Numbered from the stretch's first letter, positions 8,800-20,192 are shown. The stretch: DNA of 63,506 nt from an uncultured Mollicutes bacterium (GCA_900543055.1 UQQI01000002.1:1-63506); one strand, 5' to 3'. Notes: generated from the letters alone by a model not told the origin. Program-made: numbers and translations.

Positions 8800-10785
8800 T
8801 TAAATATTAATATACTTTTTACAAATCTTATCTATATTGTCAAATGAAATTTTCTTTAAATCAATCACATCTAATAAACTAGCAACTTCTTTGTTTTTAA
8901 TAGAAACATTATTTTTCAATAAATATTTCTTCGCATTTTCATAACTAAAATCATTAAAACACACAGAATAATCATAAAAAGAATTATTTTCTTTTATAAA
9001 ACCTAAATTATAAGGTTTATTTTCTGCAAAAAATACTAGTAAACAAAATCCTTTAGTTTTAATTTTATTTATACAATTAAGAATTAAGTTGTTAGAAGAA
9101 AAATTACAAATTATTAAATTGAAATAATTATTACTAATAGAAGCAAGAATTTCTTTATTTATAATTTCTGTAGAATCGATATATATTGTATTAGCAAAAA
9201 TAAAAAATTCATTGACAAAATCTTTAAAAATTTTCTTTTTTCCACAAGTATCTTTTCCATATAAAATTAGACATTTATTTGAACTCATATTATTAATAAT
9301 AGATCTAAGTATACTAATAAGATTAGTAATTGGAGAAACTTCCCAAAAATATTTATTTACTAGTTTCTTTTCTATTCCAGATATTAAATTATCAAAAATA
9401 TAATTCATTGGAATTCCAGTTATACTATATAACGTTTCATAAACAGTTTTAGCATCAATTATATTAATATGAGATTTTGTTAATAGTCTTTTATTATTAA
9501 TAGTAATTTTCTTTAACTCATCTTCAATATTTTTATCAGAATTCTCGCCTTTAACATATTTTTCATTTAATAACTTTACTTTTTCTTTAGAAAAACTAGC
9601 ATTCCAAGAATTTAAATTACAGGAATACTTAGCACATATATTATCTAAAAAATCAATAACAACATCAGGTTGATGTAGAAATGAAAAATAAGAATAGGAA
9701 ATATCCAATATTAAAGAAAGTATATTATCAGGAATCGTTACATTAAAATATTTTTCATAGGAATTTCTCGTATTAAGCAAAATGTTATAAATTGACTCTT
9801 TAGGTAACTCTTTTACAAATATATTTTGAAATCTTCTACAAAACGCCTTATCATTTTTTAAATATTTATTATACTCTTCCAAGGTTGTTGCTCCTATAAC
9901 TTTAATCTTTCCAGCAGATAAATACGGTTTTAAGATATTGGAAGCATCAATTGCACCATCTGCAGCCCCAGCACCTATAACAGTATGAAATTCATCTATA
10001 AAAAGTACAATATTATCATTTTGTTCTATAACATTAATAATCTTATTAAGTTTTTCTTCAAACTCTCCACGATACTTTGTTCCAGCAACAAGAGATGGAA
10101 TTAGTAGATTATAAATAACATAATCACCCAATTTACTATCGCAATTATTTATTCTTCTTACTAAACCTTCTAATAATGCTGTTTTACCAACACCTGCATC
10201 TCCAATCAACAAAATATTATTTCTATTTTTCTTCAAAAGTATTTGCTCAATTAAATTTATTTCTTTATCTCTTTCATAGATCATAAAATCATTCTTTCTA
10301 GAACAATATTCATTCATATTAATAGCATATTTATCTAAAATAGAATAATCATAATTATTAAGTATATTTTCTTTACAACTAGAATTATAATGAGAAACTA
10401 TTTCATATATATCTATATTCATACCAAGAAGTATTCTTTTAGCAATTCCATCTCTTGATTTCATAAATGAAATAAAAACATTTTCTATTTCATTATCATC
10501 ATAAGTATATTTAGTCGAATTATTTATTATTAAATTAAATAAAGGAGTAAATAATAACCATTTACTCCTTTTAGTTCCAATTCCAATAACTCTTATCAAT
10601 TCATTTCTAAACATATCATAATTTATATTATATTTATTTAAGAATTTTGTACATTTATACTCTTTATTTTTTAAAATTGCAAGAAATAAGTGTTCACTAC
10701 CAACATAAGGATGTCTTAATGAATACATCTCATCACTTGAATCTATAATAAGTTTCTTAACTTTATCACTTAAATTCATATCCAA
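8800..10785 (-). CDS. ClpC-like AAA+ protein with intact Clp-N and D1 modules and a degenerate D2 module
   Basis: Clp-N repeats are present ([13 protein letters not shown]; GIAKRILL). D1 has Walker A GDAGVGKT, Walker B LFIDEFH and the RRFQ sensor. D2 is degenerate: GKDTCGKK instead of GxxGxGKT/S, and I saw no DE Walker B or ClpP-docking loop. 661 aa, compared with about 810 for ClpC. Confidence 0.7.
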   Translation of the reverse strand: MDMNLSDKVKKLIIDSSDEMYSLRHPYVGSEHLFLAILKNKEYKCTKFLNKYNINYDMFRNELIRVIGIGTKRSKWLLFTPLFNLIINNSTKYTYDDNEIENVFISFMKSRDGIAKRILLGMNIDIYEIVSHYNSSCKENILNNYDYSILDKYAINMNEYCSRKNDFMIYERDKEINLIEQILLKKNRNNILLIGDAGVGKTALLEGLVRRINNCDSKLGDYVIYNLLIPSLVAGTKYRGEFEEKLNKIINVIEQNDNIVLFIDEFHTVIGAGAADGAIDASNILKPYLSAGKIKVIGATTLEEYNKYLKNDKAFCRRFQNIFVKELPKESIYNILLNTRNSYEKYFNVTIPDNILSLILDISYSYFSFLHQPDVVIDFLDNICAKYSCNLNSWNASFSKEKVKLLNEKYVKGENSDKNIEDELKKITINNKRLLTKSHINIIDAKTVYETLYSITGIPMNYIFDNLISGIEKKLVNKYFWEVSPITNLISILRSIINNMSSNKCLILYGKDTCGKKKIFKDFVNEFFIFANTIYIDSTEIINKEILASISNNYFNLIICNFSSNNLILNCINKIKTKGFCLLVFFAENKPYNLGFIKENNSFYDYSVCFNDFSYENAKKYLLKNNVSIKNKEVASLLDVIDLKKISFDNIDKICKKYINI

Positions 10786-10865
10786 ACATTATCACCTCAA
10801 ATAAATTGTACATTTTATAAATATCAAATTCAAATAAATTCATACACAAAAATAAGACAAAACTC

Positions 10866-10895
10866 TTAAAAAAAAGAAACCCTAAGGCTTCTTTC
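10866..10895 (-). terminator. Probable intrinsic terminator after the YfcC-family transporter gene
   Basis: 8-bp stem (one mismatch) AAGAAACC / GGCTTCTT, followed by a U8 run on the minus-strand transcript. Confidence 0.45.
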
Positions 10896-10900
10896 AAAAA

Positions 10901-12511
10901 TTAAATTAAAGCTAAAATTATGAATATAATTAATAAAATTATAAATAATTCTAATAATAATTTCCAAATATTCTTTAACCATTCTCCATAAGAAACATCT
11001 AAATAAGATAGAACACTCATTAAGATTAAACTTGTTGGAGCAACTAACATTGTTAATCCATACATAGATTGGAAAATAACTCCAACTAATGGGTAATTAG
11101 CACTATTTGTTACTACACTTGCGTAGTATGGTAAAACACTTTGGAAAACATATGAAGCTTCAAAATTAAAGAAACTTGATAATATTGCAGTAACTGTAGT
11201 AGTAACAATATTAAATTTACTTCCAAGAATAGTTTTATAAATTACTAATTGGAATGGATGATATGTAACTAATACTAATACTGTATATAGTAAGATAACT
11301 ACACATGCAGGTAATAAGGCTTTCTTAGCTCCTTCTGCAAATCCATCTAAAGCATCATCTAATTTAACTTTATAAATTATTACAAAAATTATTGTTATTA
11401 ATAATAATGGTAATAATAAATCAACTAAAGTCCAAGAACCAAATGCATTCATTGTTCCTAAAATTTTACCGAAAATATTAAATCCGAATAATTTAAATTT
11501 AGAAACAGAATCAGTAGCAGTAGACATAGCCTTAATTCCAAAAGCACTTTCCCATGGAATGAATGCTAAAATCATCAAAACAAATAGTAATCCAAAAAGA
11601 ATAGAGAATGTAACTGTATTATAATGTTTACCACTATTAGCAACAATAACATCTTCATCTACTAACGCTGCTTTATTAGCATTTTTACTAGTAGTTTTCT
11701 TTGTAGATTTCTTTGATGATGATTTAGTTGTTGACTTCTTAGTTGATGATTTCTTTGTAGAAGTTTTTTTTGAACTTGTCTTCTTTTCTTCTACTTCTTC
11801 TTTTTCTTCTTTCTTTGCTTCTTCTTTAGCGATTTCTTCTGCCATAACTTCATCAGTTACTTTTACAGCAATACTCTTTGCATCTTCAGCAGCAACAGCT
11901 TTTTTATTCTTCTTTATGTACATAATTGTATTAAAGATTACTAAAGCTATTCCTACTAATAAGATTACAAATCTTACTCCAATTTGATAATCAGTCTTAA
12001 GACTTAATGTTTTAGTAAGTACACTTAAGTTAGTAGTTGCATAAGTACTACCTGCAAGTCCAACTGTCATTGAACCAACAATAACTAATGCTGCAACAAT
12101 CTTATCATATCCCATAAGGAAAATTAGTGAAACTAATAATGGAATAAAAATAGCAAAGGCAATTTGCAATCCACAAATTGAAACTCCAAATGCTAAAATT
12201 ATAGAAATAATTGATAAAGCAAAAATTTCTTTTCCTTTTAATTTAGCAGCTAATTTTTCAACAAAATCGTGATAAGCAGGAATTTTGTTTAAAACTCCGT
12301 AAAATCCTCCAACTAAGATTATGAATAAAGCAATATATCCAAAATATGATAATGATGTAAATGGATAATTTACTAAATCAAACAATCCCATTTGAATGCG
12401 TCCTTGTTCTACATACGAACTTGAATAATATGCAGCAGGTAAAATCCAAGAAAGTAATAAGAAAAGTAAAATTACAATTAGAACGACTTTCACTGTATTA
12501 TGTTTTTTCAT
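10901..12511 (-). CDS. YfcC-family (DcuC-like) membrane transporter with a Lys/Ser/Thr/Glu-rich low-complexity insert
   Basis: Polytopic, 536 aa. N-terminal WILPAAYY... and ILVGGFYGV, and C-terminal VAPTSLILMSVL...WLKNIW, resemble the YfcC family. The central insert reads EEAKKEEKEEVEEKKTSSKKTSTKKSSTKKSTTKSSSKKSTKKTTSK. Confidence 0.6.
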   Translation of the reverse strand: MKKHNTVKVVLIVILLFLLLSWILPAAYYSSSYVEQGRIQMGLFDLVNYPFTSLSYFGYIALFIILVGGFYGVLNKIPAYHDFVEKLAAKLKGKEIFALSIISIILAFGVSICGLQIAFAIFIPLLVSLIFLMGYDKIVAALVIVGSMTVGLAGSTYATTNLSVLTKTLSLKTDYQIGVRFVILLVGIALVIFNTIMYIKKNKKAVAAEDAKSIAVKVTDEVMAEEIAKEEAKKEEKEEVEEKKTSSKKTSTKKSSTKKSTTKSSSKKSTKKTTSKNANKAALVDEDVIVANSGKHYNTVTFSILFGLLFVLMILAFIPWESAFGIKAMSTATDSVSKFKLFGFNIFGKILGTMNAFGSWTLVDLLLPLLLITIIFVIIYKVKLDDALDGFAEGAKKALLPACVVILLYTVLVLVTYHPFQLVIYKTILGSKFNIVTTTVTAILSSFFNFEASYVFQSVLPYYASVVTNSANYPLVGVIFQSMYGLTMLVAPTSLILMSVLSYLDVSYGEWLKNIWKLLLELFIILLIIFIILALI

Positions 12512-12590
12512 AATTAACCTCCCATAATAATTATAACTATTATAACCTTATTTTACAAGCATTTACAATTTATTTTAATGAATTTTTTGT

Positions 12591-12622
12591 GAAAAAAAGA
12601 AGAACTTAATTTCTGTTCTTCT
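12591..12622 (-). terminator. Intrinsic terminator overlapping the lysS stop codon
   Basis: Stem AGAAGAAC (12598-12605) / GTTCTTCT (12615-12622), then a U7 run on the minus-strand transcript. Confidence 0.6.
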
Positions 12623-14096
12623 CCTTCATTGTAGGGAATAATAACACATCACGAATTGAATCTTGTTCAGTAAATAGCATAACAAGTCTATCAATTCCAT
12701 AACCAATACCACCAGCAGGAGGCATACCATACTCTAATGCTTCAACAAAATCATAATCGATATCATTTGCTTCATCATTTCCTAAATCTCTTTCTGCAAT
12801 TTGTGCTTCAAATCTTTCTAATTGATCAATTGGATCATTTAACTCAGTATATGCATTAGCAAATTCTTTGCCGCCGATAAATAACTCAAATCTATCAACA
12901 AATCTTGGATCTTCAGGATTTTTCTTTGTTAATGGTGATATTTCAATTGGATGACCATATAAGAATGTCGGCTGAATTAAAGTTTCTTCAACATATTTCT
13001 CAAAGAACAAATTAACTATATGCCCAAAACTCTTTTCATGTTCTTGAACTTCAATTCCATGTTCTTCCGCTAACTTTAAGCATTCTTCTAATGATAAATC
13101 TTGTTTAAAATCAATTCCTGTTTGTTCCTTAATAGCATCTACCATACTAATTCTCTTCCATGGCCCTTCTAAATTTATTTCATTTCCATAGAAAGTATAA
13201 TTCATTTTTCCAACAACGGTTTTAGCAATATTTGTAAACATTCCTTCTGTTAAGTCCATCATTCCTTCTAAATCAGAATATGCTAAATATGCTTCTAATT
13301 CAGTAAATTCAGGATTATGCCTTAAATCCATACCTTCATTTCTAAATACTCTTCCAATTTCATAAACTGCTTCCATACCACCAACTAATAGTCTCTTTAA
13401 TGGTAACTCTAAAGCAATTCTTAAATACATATCTAAATCTTGAGCATTATGATGAGTTGTGAATGGTCTTGCAGATGCTCCAGTTAATAATGTAGATAGA
13501 ACTGGTGTTTCAACTTCTACAAATCCTTGATTATCTAAATAATTTTGAATACTTCTAATAATTCTAGGTCTTAAAAAAGCTACTCTGCGTGAATCTTCAT
13601 TCATTATTAAGTCTACATATCTACGTCTATATCTTTCTTCTTTATCTGTTAATCCATGGAATTTTTCAGGTAATGGTCTAAGTGCTTTAACTAAATGAGT
13701 ATACTCTAAACATTTTATTGTAACTTCACCAGTCCTAGTTTTCATAATTTTTCCATATACACCAACAATATCACCTATATCAGCAGTTTTAAATAATGAA
13801 TAATTTTCCTCTCCAATATCATTTATTGAAATATAAATTTGAATAGTTCCTGTCTTATCTTGTATTGTAAAGAAAGATGCTTTTCCCATTTTTCTTATAA
13901 ACATAATTCTTCCTACTACTTTTGCAGTATCATCCATATTTTCAAATGCATCATGTTCAACATCAGCATATTTTTCTTTTATATCTTTAGCATAGCTATC
14001 TCTATCAAATCTATGACCAAATGGATCTAATCCTAAATCTCTTAATTTTTCTGCTTTTTCTCTTCTAACCATTTCTTGTTCAGTTAATTCTCGCAT
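12606..14096 (-). CDS. lysS: Lysyl-tRNA synthetase (class II)
   Basis: 496 aa. OB-fold N-domain and class II motifs (FRNEG..., GGIGYGIDRLVM). Confidence 0.95.
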   Translation of the reverse strand: MRELTEQEMVRREKAEKLRDLGLDPFGHRFDRDSYAKDIKEKYADVEHDAFENMDDTAKVVGRIMFIRKMGKASFFTIQDKTGTIQIYISINDIGEENYSLFKTADIGDIVGVYGKIMKTRTGEVTIKCLEYTHLVKALRPLPEKFHGLTDKEERYRRRYVDLIMNEDSRRVAFLRPRIIRSIQNYLDNQGFVEVETPVLSTLLTGASARPFTTHHNAQDLDMYLRIALELPLKRLLVGGMEAVYEIGRVFRNEGMDLRHNPEFTELEAYLAYSDLEGMMDLTEGMFTNIAKTVVGKMNYTFYGNEINLEGPWKRISMVDAIKEQTGIDFKQDLSLEECLKLAEEHGIEVQEHEKSFGHIVNLFFEKYVEETLIQPTFLYGHPIEISPLTKKNPEDPRFVDRFELFIGGKEFANAYTELNDPIDQLERFEAQIAERDLGNDEANDIDYDFVEALEYGMPPAGGIGYGIDRLVMLFTEQDSIRDVLLFPTMKEKNRN

Positions 14097-14169
14097 AAAA
14101 TCACTCCTCTTTTCTTTCTAAAATATCATATTATTTAAAACAAATAAACATAAAATAAAAAATTTAATA

Positions 14170-14922
14170 TTATTCAGCAACATTTACAACTCTAGTTCTA
14201 CAAACTAAATCATGTAATCCTTTTCCATCTTTTCTAAACAACATCATAATTGCACATATAAAAAGAACAATATATTGAATAAAACTAACACCCATAACCA
14301 CAAAAATATATGACCTTTTAGCAACCGTAAGCATAATTATAAAATCAATTATATATAGCAGCAACGAATTTATCATAAAACTTCTAAAAATCATTTGATT
14401 TATAGTAAGCTCATCTGTTTCAGACTCAACTCTTATTTTCATTAATTTTTTACCTAATGTTTGACCTTTACTATATATTTGATATACAACAAAATATAAT
14501 ATAGTTAATAAAATAACAAAGATAGATACTATCCCTTGCTCACGAGCAATACTATAACTTATATTACCATATTGAATAACATATTCTTCTGTACTAATTT
14601 CATTTTTTTGAAATTGATCAACAATTTTTGTTGCTTGATTACTTAAATTTTCAACTCTTTTTGCATCTAAAAATGGTGTTGATAGTATAGATGCAATAAA
14701 ACTTACTAAAAGAATATCTATTAAATAAGCAAAAACACGCTTAGTAAAATAAATGTTTTCTTTGTTTTCTGTTATTTTCTCCTTGGATTTTTCTGTCTTT
14801 CTAGCTTTTCCATTTTCTACATATTCTTTAATTTTAGAACTAACATCTTCTGAAACATCGTCTTTTGTCTTTTCATCAACTTTCTCTTCAGAAACTATAT
14901 CAACATCTATCTTTTTCTTCAT
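14170..14922 (-). CDS. RDD-family membrane protein
   Basis: ATG at 14922 after GGAGG. FTKRVFAYLIDILLVSF and the C-terminal GLHDLVCRTRVV are typical of the RDD domain. Three to four TM helices. Confidence 0.65.
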   Translation of the reverse strand: MKKKIDVDIVSEEKVDEKTKDDVSEDVSSKIKEYVENGKARKTEKSKEKITENKENIYFTKRVFAYLIDILLVSFIASILSTPFLDAKRVENLSNQATKIVDQFQKNEISTEEYVIQYGNISYSIAREQGIVSIFVILLTILYFVVYQIYSKGQTLGKKLMKIRVESETDELTINQMIFRSFMINSLLLYIIDFIIMLTVAKRSYIFVVMGVSFIQYIVLFICAIMMLFRKDGKGLHDLVCRTRVVNVAE

Positions 14923-15892
14923 TTTGTGCCTCCTTAAATTCATTTAATAATAAAATTATATCATGAATACTAGTTGTTTGATACACCTTATTCTTTAATT
15001 CATTAGCACCTTTAATACCTTTAAAATACCAAGAAATGTGATTTCTAATTTCTAAACAAGCTAATTTTTCATTTTTTAAGGAATCTAATAATTTCAAATG
15101 TTTTAAACACATATCAATTCTATCAACGATAGACACATCAATAACTTCTTTTCCATCAAGATAGTTAACAATATTTTTTATAAGCCAAGGATTTCCTAAA
15201 ACACCTCTACCTATCATAACAGCATCACATTTTGTCTCCTCAAGCATCCTTTTTGCATCCTCAGGAGACTTTATATCACCATTACCAATAACGGGAATTG
15301 AAACATTCTCTTTTACTTCTTTAATAATATTCCAATCTGCTTTGCCACTATATCCTTGGCTTCTAGTTCTTGGATGAACACATATAGCACTTGCTCCTGC
15401 TTTTTCTATTACTTTAGCAACTTCTACAGCATTAATATGGTTACTGTCCCAACCACTTCTGATTTTAACAGTAACAGGAACATTGACAGCCGAAACAACA
15501 CTAGAAACTATATCAAAAATTTTATCTATATCTTTAAGTAATGCTGATCCTGCCTGTGCTCTAACAGCAACTTTCGGAACAGGACACCCCATATTTATAT
15601 CGATTATATCCGGCTTCATTTCTTTTTCAATAAATTTAGCTGCCTCTACAAAAGACTCTTTATCACTACCAAAAATTTGTTGACTAATTGGTCTTTCTTT
15701 TTCTGTCATATAAAGCATATCTATTGTTTTTTGATTGTTATATGTAATTGCTTTATCACTAACCATCTCTGCATATATTAATCCACATCCCATATCTTTA
15801 CAAATTTGTCTATATGCAGAATTACAAATACCAGCCATTGGTGCCAAAACAACTTGATTTGATATCTTTATATTTCCTATTTTCCACTCCAT
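14900..15892 (-). CDS. dusB: tRNA-dihydrouridine synthase
   Basis: LAPMAGICNSAYR, DINMGCP and VKIRSGWD motifs. Ends in TGA. Confidence 0.9.
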   Translation of the reverse strand: MEWKIGNIKISNQVVLAPMAGICNSAYRQICKDMGCGLIYAEMVSDKAITYNNQKTIDMLYMTEKERPISQQIFGSDKESFVEAAKFIEKEMKPDIIDINMGCPVPKVAVRAQAGSALLKDIDKIFDIVSSVVSAVNVPVTVKIRSGWDSNHINAVEVAKVIEKAGASAICVHPRTRSQGYSGKADWNIIKEVKENVSIPVIGNGDIKSPEDAKRMLEETKCDAVMIGRGVLGNPWLIKNIVNYLDGKEVIDVSIVDRIDMCLKHLKLLDSLKNEKLACLEIRNHISWYFKGIKGANELKNKVYQTTSIHDIILLLNEFKEAQNEEKDRC

Positions 15893-15966
15893 AGAATCAC
15901 TCCCAATAATTTTCTAAGACTTGCTTATTATATTATATATTAATAATTTTTTCAATGAAAAAGGAA

Positions 15967-16398
15967 TTAATAGTTAACTCCCATTTTATATTCTCTTCTT
16001 TTCATTTTTACTAACATTTCCTTTGTTTCTTTAAATACATAATCTCTATTCGTCGAAAAATCTAAGTTTAAAATTTTATTAAACATTAACTCTATATAAA
16101 CATCATCCAAATTAATATCAACTGGATGTACGATATCTGAACTATACTTATTTAAAAAATCTAATTTTACATAAGAATATTTTTCCTCATCTAATACTAA
16201 AAAAAGGAAAATAGTAATATTAATCTTTATTATATAAAGCTGTTTTTACTCATTAGTTATAGGAGAAGTATAAACAACACTACCATTTGTAATATCTTTA
16301 AATACAACTATTGATAGTCTATTTTTCTTATTATTCATATAATTTTTATTATTAACCATAATGTACTCTCGAACTACAAGATTCCATGGTTTTAACAT
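15967..16398 (-). pseudogene. Unknown ORF of 142 sense codons interrupted by one in-frame TAA (16246..16248)
   Basis: Hand translation gives 50 codons from the ATG at 16398, then TAA, then 92 more sense codons in the same frame to the TAA at 15967-15969. No other ORF fills this 520-bp gap. Confidence 0.35.
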
Positions 16399-16415
16399 AT
16401 ATATAATTTATTCCT

Positions 16416-16853
16416 TTATTTATTATTTTCTTTAAGTAAATCTCTTATTTCTTCTAAAAGTAAAACTTCATCACTTTTCTTTACTTGTACTTCTTTTGCC
16501 TCTTTCTTTTGACCAATACTAACTAGCCTATTAAAAAACTTTAATAATAGAAATAAAACAAAAGCCATAATAAAGAAATTAATTATTGAAGTTATAAAAT
16601 CTCCATATAAAATTCTTTGACCACCATAAATCTTTAATGAACCTCCAACTTCTGCTCCACCTATTCCATTAATAAGCGGATTGATGACATCTTTTGTTAA
16701 AGCAGTGACAACATCAGAAAATGCTGCACCAATAATAACACCTACAGCCATATCCATAACATTTCCTCTCATAACAAAAGCCTTAAATTCATTTATAAAG
16801 CCTTCACTTTTTTGCTTTAGTTCGTCAACATCTACTTTTACATTTGTCTTCAT
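16416..16853 (-). CDS. mscL: Large-conductance mechanosensitive channel MscL
   Basis: ATG at 16853 after AGTGAGGTG. Contains RGNVMDMAVGVIIGAAF and FLIVAF-like TM2. Confidence 0.9.
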   Translation of the reverse strand: MKTNVKVDVDELKQKSEGFINEFKAFVMRGNVMDMAVGVIIGAAFSDVVTALTKDVINPLINGIGGAEVGGSLKIYGGQRILYGDFITSIINFFIMAFVLFLLLKFFNRLVSIGQKKEAKEVQVKKSDEVLLLEEIRDLLKENNK

Positions 16854-16895
16854 AATACTACACCTCACTTAAATTATATCAAAAAAAGAACTAGA

Positions 16896-18866
16896 TTAAT
16901 CATCTAATTCTTTTAATAATTCAGCTTTATTCATCTTTGAAACATTCTTTATACCTTTTTCCTTAGCTATTTCTCTAAGTTTTGTAATTGACATTGACTC
17001 ATAACTATCATCTTTTTCTTCTGGCATTTTTCCATTTTCAACAAGATAATCAATTTGTTCCTTTGTTAATGTCTCATACTCAAGTAATGCTTCAGCAATT
17101 AATTTTAATAAATCTTTATTCTTAGAAATTATTTCTTTTGCTTCTTTATGACAATCATTAATAATCTTTCTCATTTCCATGTCTATTTCATTAGCAACTT
17201 CATTAGAAAAATGTTGTGGTTTATTATAATCTCTTCCTAAGAACACACTTCCACTTTGTTGTTCAAATTGTAGCGGTCCTAAATCACTCATACCATACTC
17301 AGTAACCATAGCACGTGCAATCTTAGTTGCTTTTTCAAAATCGTTATGAGCACCAGTTGTTATTTCTCCAAATGTAATTTCTTCAGCAGTTCTTCCACCA
17401 AGAAGACCAGTTATTTCTTCAAGTAAATCTGTCTTAGTTGAACATAATTTTTCTTCGCTTGGAACCATCATATTATATCCACCAGCTTGTCCACGAGGAA
17501 TTATCGTTACCTTTTGAACATCACTAGCATTTCTTAATTTAAGTCCAATAACAGCATGTCCTGCTTCATGATATGCTACTAATTTTCTATCTGCTTCACT
17601 ATATTTATGACTAGTCTTTGCAGGTCCCATTAATACTCTATCAGTAGCTTCGTCTATTTCACTCATTGTAATTTCAGATTTATTTCTTCTTACAGCAAGT
17701 AAAGCAGCCTCATTTAATAAGTTTTCAAGATCAGCTCCACTAAAACCTGGAGTTCTCTTAGCTAAGTTCTTTAATGTAATACCATCTGCTAAGATCTTGT
17801 TCTTAGCATGTACTGCAAGTATTTCTTCACGACCTTTTACATCTGGTAAGCTTACTGTAATTTGTCTATCGAATCTTCCTGGTCTTAATAATGCTGGGTC
17901 TAAAACATCTGGTCTATTAGTTGCAGCAATTATTATTATACCTTCATTTGCTCCAAAACCATCCATTTCAGTAAGTAATTGGTTAAGTGTTTGTTCACGT
18001 TCATCATGTCCTCCACCTAAACCAGTTCCTCTTTGACGACCAACTGCATCTATTTCATCGATAAAGATTAAACATGGAGCAGTTCTCTTAGCTTGTTGGA
18101 ACATATCACGAACACGGCTTGCTCCAACACCAACAAATAATTCAACAAAATCAGAACCACTTATAAAATAGAATGGAACATCAGCTTCTCCTGCAACAGC
18201 TTTAGCAAGTAAAGTTTTACCTGTTCCTGGAGGCCCCATTAATAAAACACCTTTTGGAATTCTTGCTCCTAATTTTTGAAATTTCTTAGGTGCTTTTAAG
18301 AAATCAATAAGTTCCTTAACTTCTTCTTTTTCTTCACTAAGTCCAGCTACATCCTTAAATGTAACTTTATTAGTATCACTATTCAATCTAGCACGACTTT
18401 TACCAAAATCTAATGACCCTTTGTTACTTGCCATTTGCTTATTAAAGAACCAGAAAGCAACTCCAACTAATAGTACTATTGGTAAAATATTAACTAAAAT
18501 ATATAAAAGTGATGATGAATCAGGATCTGGTACAACAGTTAACTTAAAATCTTGATTATCACTTGCTTTTACAATCTTTTTCATAACTTCATCACTTAAA
18601 GGTAAAGTAGATTCAAATGATTCATTTTTCTTATATCCTTCTAATTTACCAGATACATCATAGACATATCCACTTCCTCTAGTAACAATAGTTAATTCTG
18701 TTATTTCCTCTTTATTTAATTTTTCAATAAATTTATCATATGTTAAATCATTTACTTTTTGACCAGCAACTGTGTAAAAATAAAAAACACCTAACATAAT
18801 AACAAAAATAAATAAGTAAGGTAATAACCCTTTTTTTATAGTTTTCTTATCCATTTTTTTATTCAC
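16896..18866 (-). CDS. ftsH: ATP-dependent zinc metalloprotease FtsH
   Basis: GTG start 7 nt after AAGGAGG. Walker A GPPGTGKT, the SRH region and the HEAGH zinc motif are present. Confidence 0.97.
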   Translation of the reverse strand: MNKKMDKKTIKKGLLPYLFIFVIMLGVFYFYTVAGQKVNDLTYDKFIEKLNKEEITELTIVTRGSGYVYDVSGKLEGYKKNESFESTLPLSDEVMKKIVKASDNQDFKLTVVPDPDSSSLLYILVNILPIVLLVGVAFWFFNKQMASNKGSLDFGKSRARLNSDTNKVTFKDVAGLSEEKEEVKELIDFLKAPKKFQKLGARIPKGVLLMGPPGTGKTLLAKAVAGEADVPFYFISGSDFVELFVGVGASRVRDMFQQAKRTAPCLIFIDEIDAVGRQRGTGLGGGHDEREQTLNQLLTEMDGFGANEGIIIIAATNRPDVLDPALLRPGRFDRQITVSLPDVKGREEILAVHAKNKILADGITLKNLAKRTPGFSGADLENLLNEAALLAVRRNKSEITMSEIDEATDRVLMGPAKTSHKYSEADRKLVAYHEAGHAVIGLKLRNASDVQKVTIIPRGQAGGYNMMVPSEEKLCSTKTDLLEEITGLLGGRTAEEITFGEITTGAHNDFEKATKIARAMVTEYGMSDLGPLQFEQQSGSVFLGRDYNKPQHFSNEVANEIDMEMRKIINDCHKEAKEIISKNKDLLKLIAEALLEYETLTKEQIDYLVENGKMPEEKDDSYESMSITKLREIAKEKGIKNVSKMNKAELLKELDD

Positions 18867-18878
18867 AAATTTTCCTCC

Positions 18879-20192
18879 TTAACTATATTTCAATATTATA
18901 TCATAAACATCAGATTTCTTTTTGTCAAATTTAGATTTTTTAATTCCAGGAATCCATACTACATTCCCACGTGAATCAACAACAATAGGCCAACTATCAC
19001 GCTTATCCAATGATATTTTTTTATCTATAAATATATCTTTTACTTTTTTAGTACCATTTAAACCCTTCACCTTTATCTTATCTCCAAATCTTCTGGTTCT
19101 AACAATTAAAGGTAAAGTTATCTCTGATGTATCAAGTCTACATACATTATTACTATTATCAGAATCATCAATTGTTTTTTCTATATAATGATTATTTGGT
19201 AACATAGCATAATTATCAAACTCAATCTCATAAGATGAAATAGTATCAATATTTCTATTAAGAGTAAAATAATTATATTCTTTCTTTGCTATTACATCGT
19301 TTGGTAAATTAATAAAAATATTAGCTTTTCTACTATTAATTAAAGTTATAATCAAATCGATATGTCTATCTCCAACTAATATTAAATCATCTTGATAAAA
19401 CTCACTCAACATATAGTATAGTAATTCTCTTTGAATAAATTCATCTTCTAACAAAAATTTATCAACAATTAACTTTTCTTTATCAAAAACTCTTTTTATA
19501 GCCTTATCAGTTTCCTTTTCAATAAACTTATTTGCTTCATTTAATGTGTCACTAAATTTTAAAAATTTTAAATGAACGTCTTTTTCTTCTTTTTTTAGGA
19601 ATGGTAACACATATTTTCTATATCTATTTCTGGTATACTTATCTTTATCATTTGAACTATCAACGTAATACTTAACATTATTATCAATATCATATTGATG
19701 AAGTTCTTCCTTAGTATAATGAACTAATGGTCTAACAATTTTATAAGTATCCATATCTACAACATTTTTAAAGCCACTATAACCATTTAAGTTAGACCCT
19801 CTAACTATTCTCATTAAAACAGTCTCCATTAAATCATCACCATGATGTGCAGTCATTAAGTAATTAGCGTCATATTTATGAACTAAATTTTCAAAAAAGT
19901 TATATCTTATATTTCTTGCTTCATTATGAAAATTATCATCACCATACTCTTCAATAACCATAACTTCAAATACTAAATTATTATCTATACAATATTGTTT
20001 TAAAAATTCTGCCTCTTCATAACTCTCCTTTCTAACATTATGATTTACATGAGCAATTATTAAACTTAAATTGTATTTATTTCTAATCTTTAACAGCATA
20101 TCAACAAGAGCCATTGAATCAGGTCCAGTAGAACAACCAATGACAATCTTATCATTTTGCTTAAATTTAAAGTCCTTCTCTATATTAATCAT
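18879..20192 (-). CDS. tilS: tRNA(Ile)-lysidine synthase
   Basis: ATG at 20192 after GGAGG. PP-loop variant CSTGPDSMAL. Located directly upstream of ftsH. Confidence 0.85.
   Translation of the reverse strand: MINIEKDFKFKQNDKIVIGCSTGPDSMALVDMLLKIRNKYNLSLIIAHVNHNVRKESYEEAEFLKQYCIDNNLVFEVMVIEEYGDDNFHNEARNIRYNFFENLVHKYDANYLMTAHHGDDLMETVLMRIVRGSNLNGYSGFKNVVDMDTYKIVRPLVHYTKEELHQYDIDNNVKYYVDSSNDKDKYTRNRYRKYVLPFLKKEEKDVHLKFLKFSDTLNEANKFIEKETDKAIKRVFDKEKLIVDKFLLEDEFIQRELLYYMLSEFYQDDLILVGDRHIDLIITLINSRKANIFINLPNDVIAKKEYNYFTLNRNIDTISSYEIEFDNYAMLPNNHYIEKTIDDSDNSNNVCRLDTSEITLPLIVRTRRFGDKIKVKGLNGTKKVKDIFIDKKISLDKRDSWPIVVDSRGNVVWIPGIKKSKFDKKKSDVYDIILKYS

Noticed and set aside
14900-14902. An alternative genetic code (TGA read as Trp, Mollicutes-like), given the extreme AT content.
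   Set aside because: Conserved genes translate full-length under the standard code, and dusB terminates at a TGA at the expected protein length.
18963-18978. An additional parS-like site, ATTCCCACGTGAATCA, inside tilS, and other CACGTG cores, for example near 29430, 36515 and 55449.
   Set aside because: Each has four or more mismatches to TGTTNCACGTGAAACA outside the CACGTG core.
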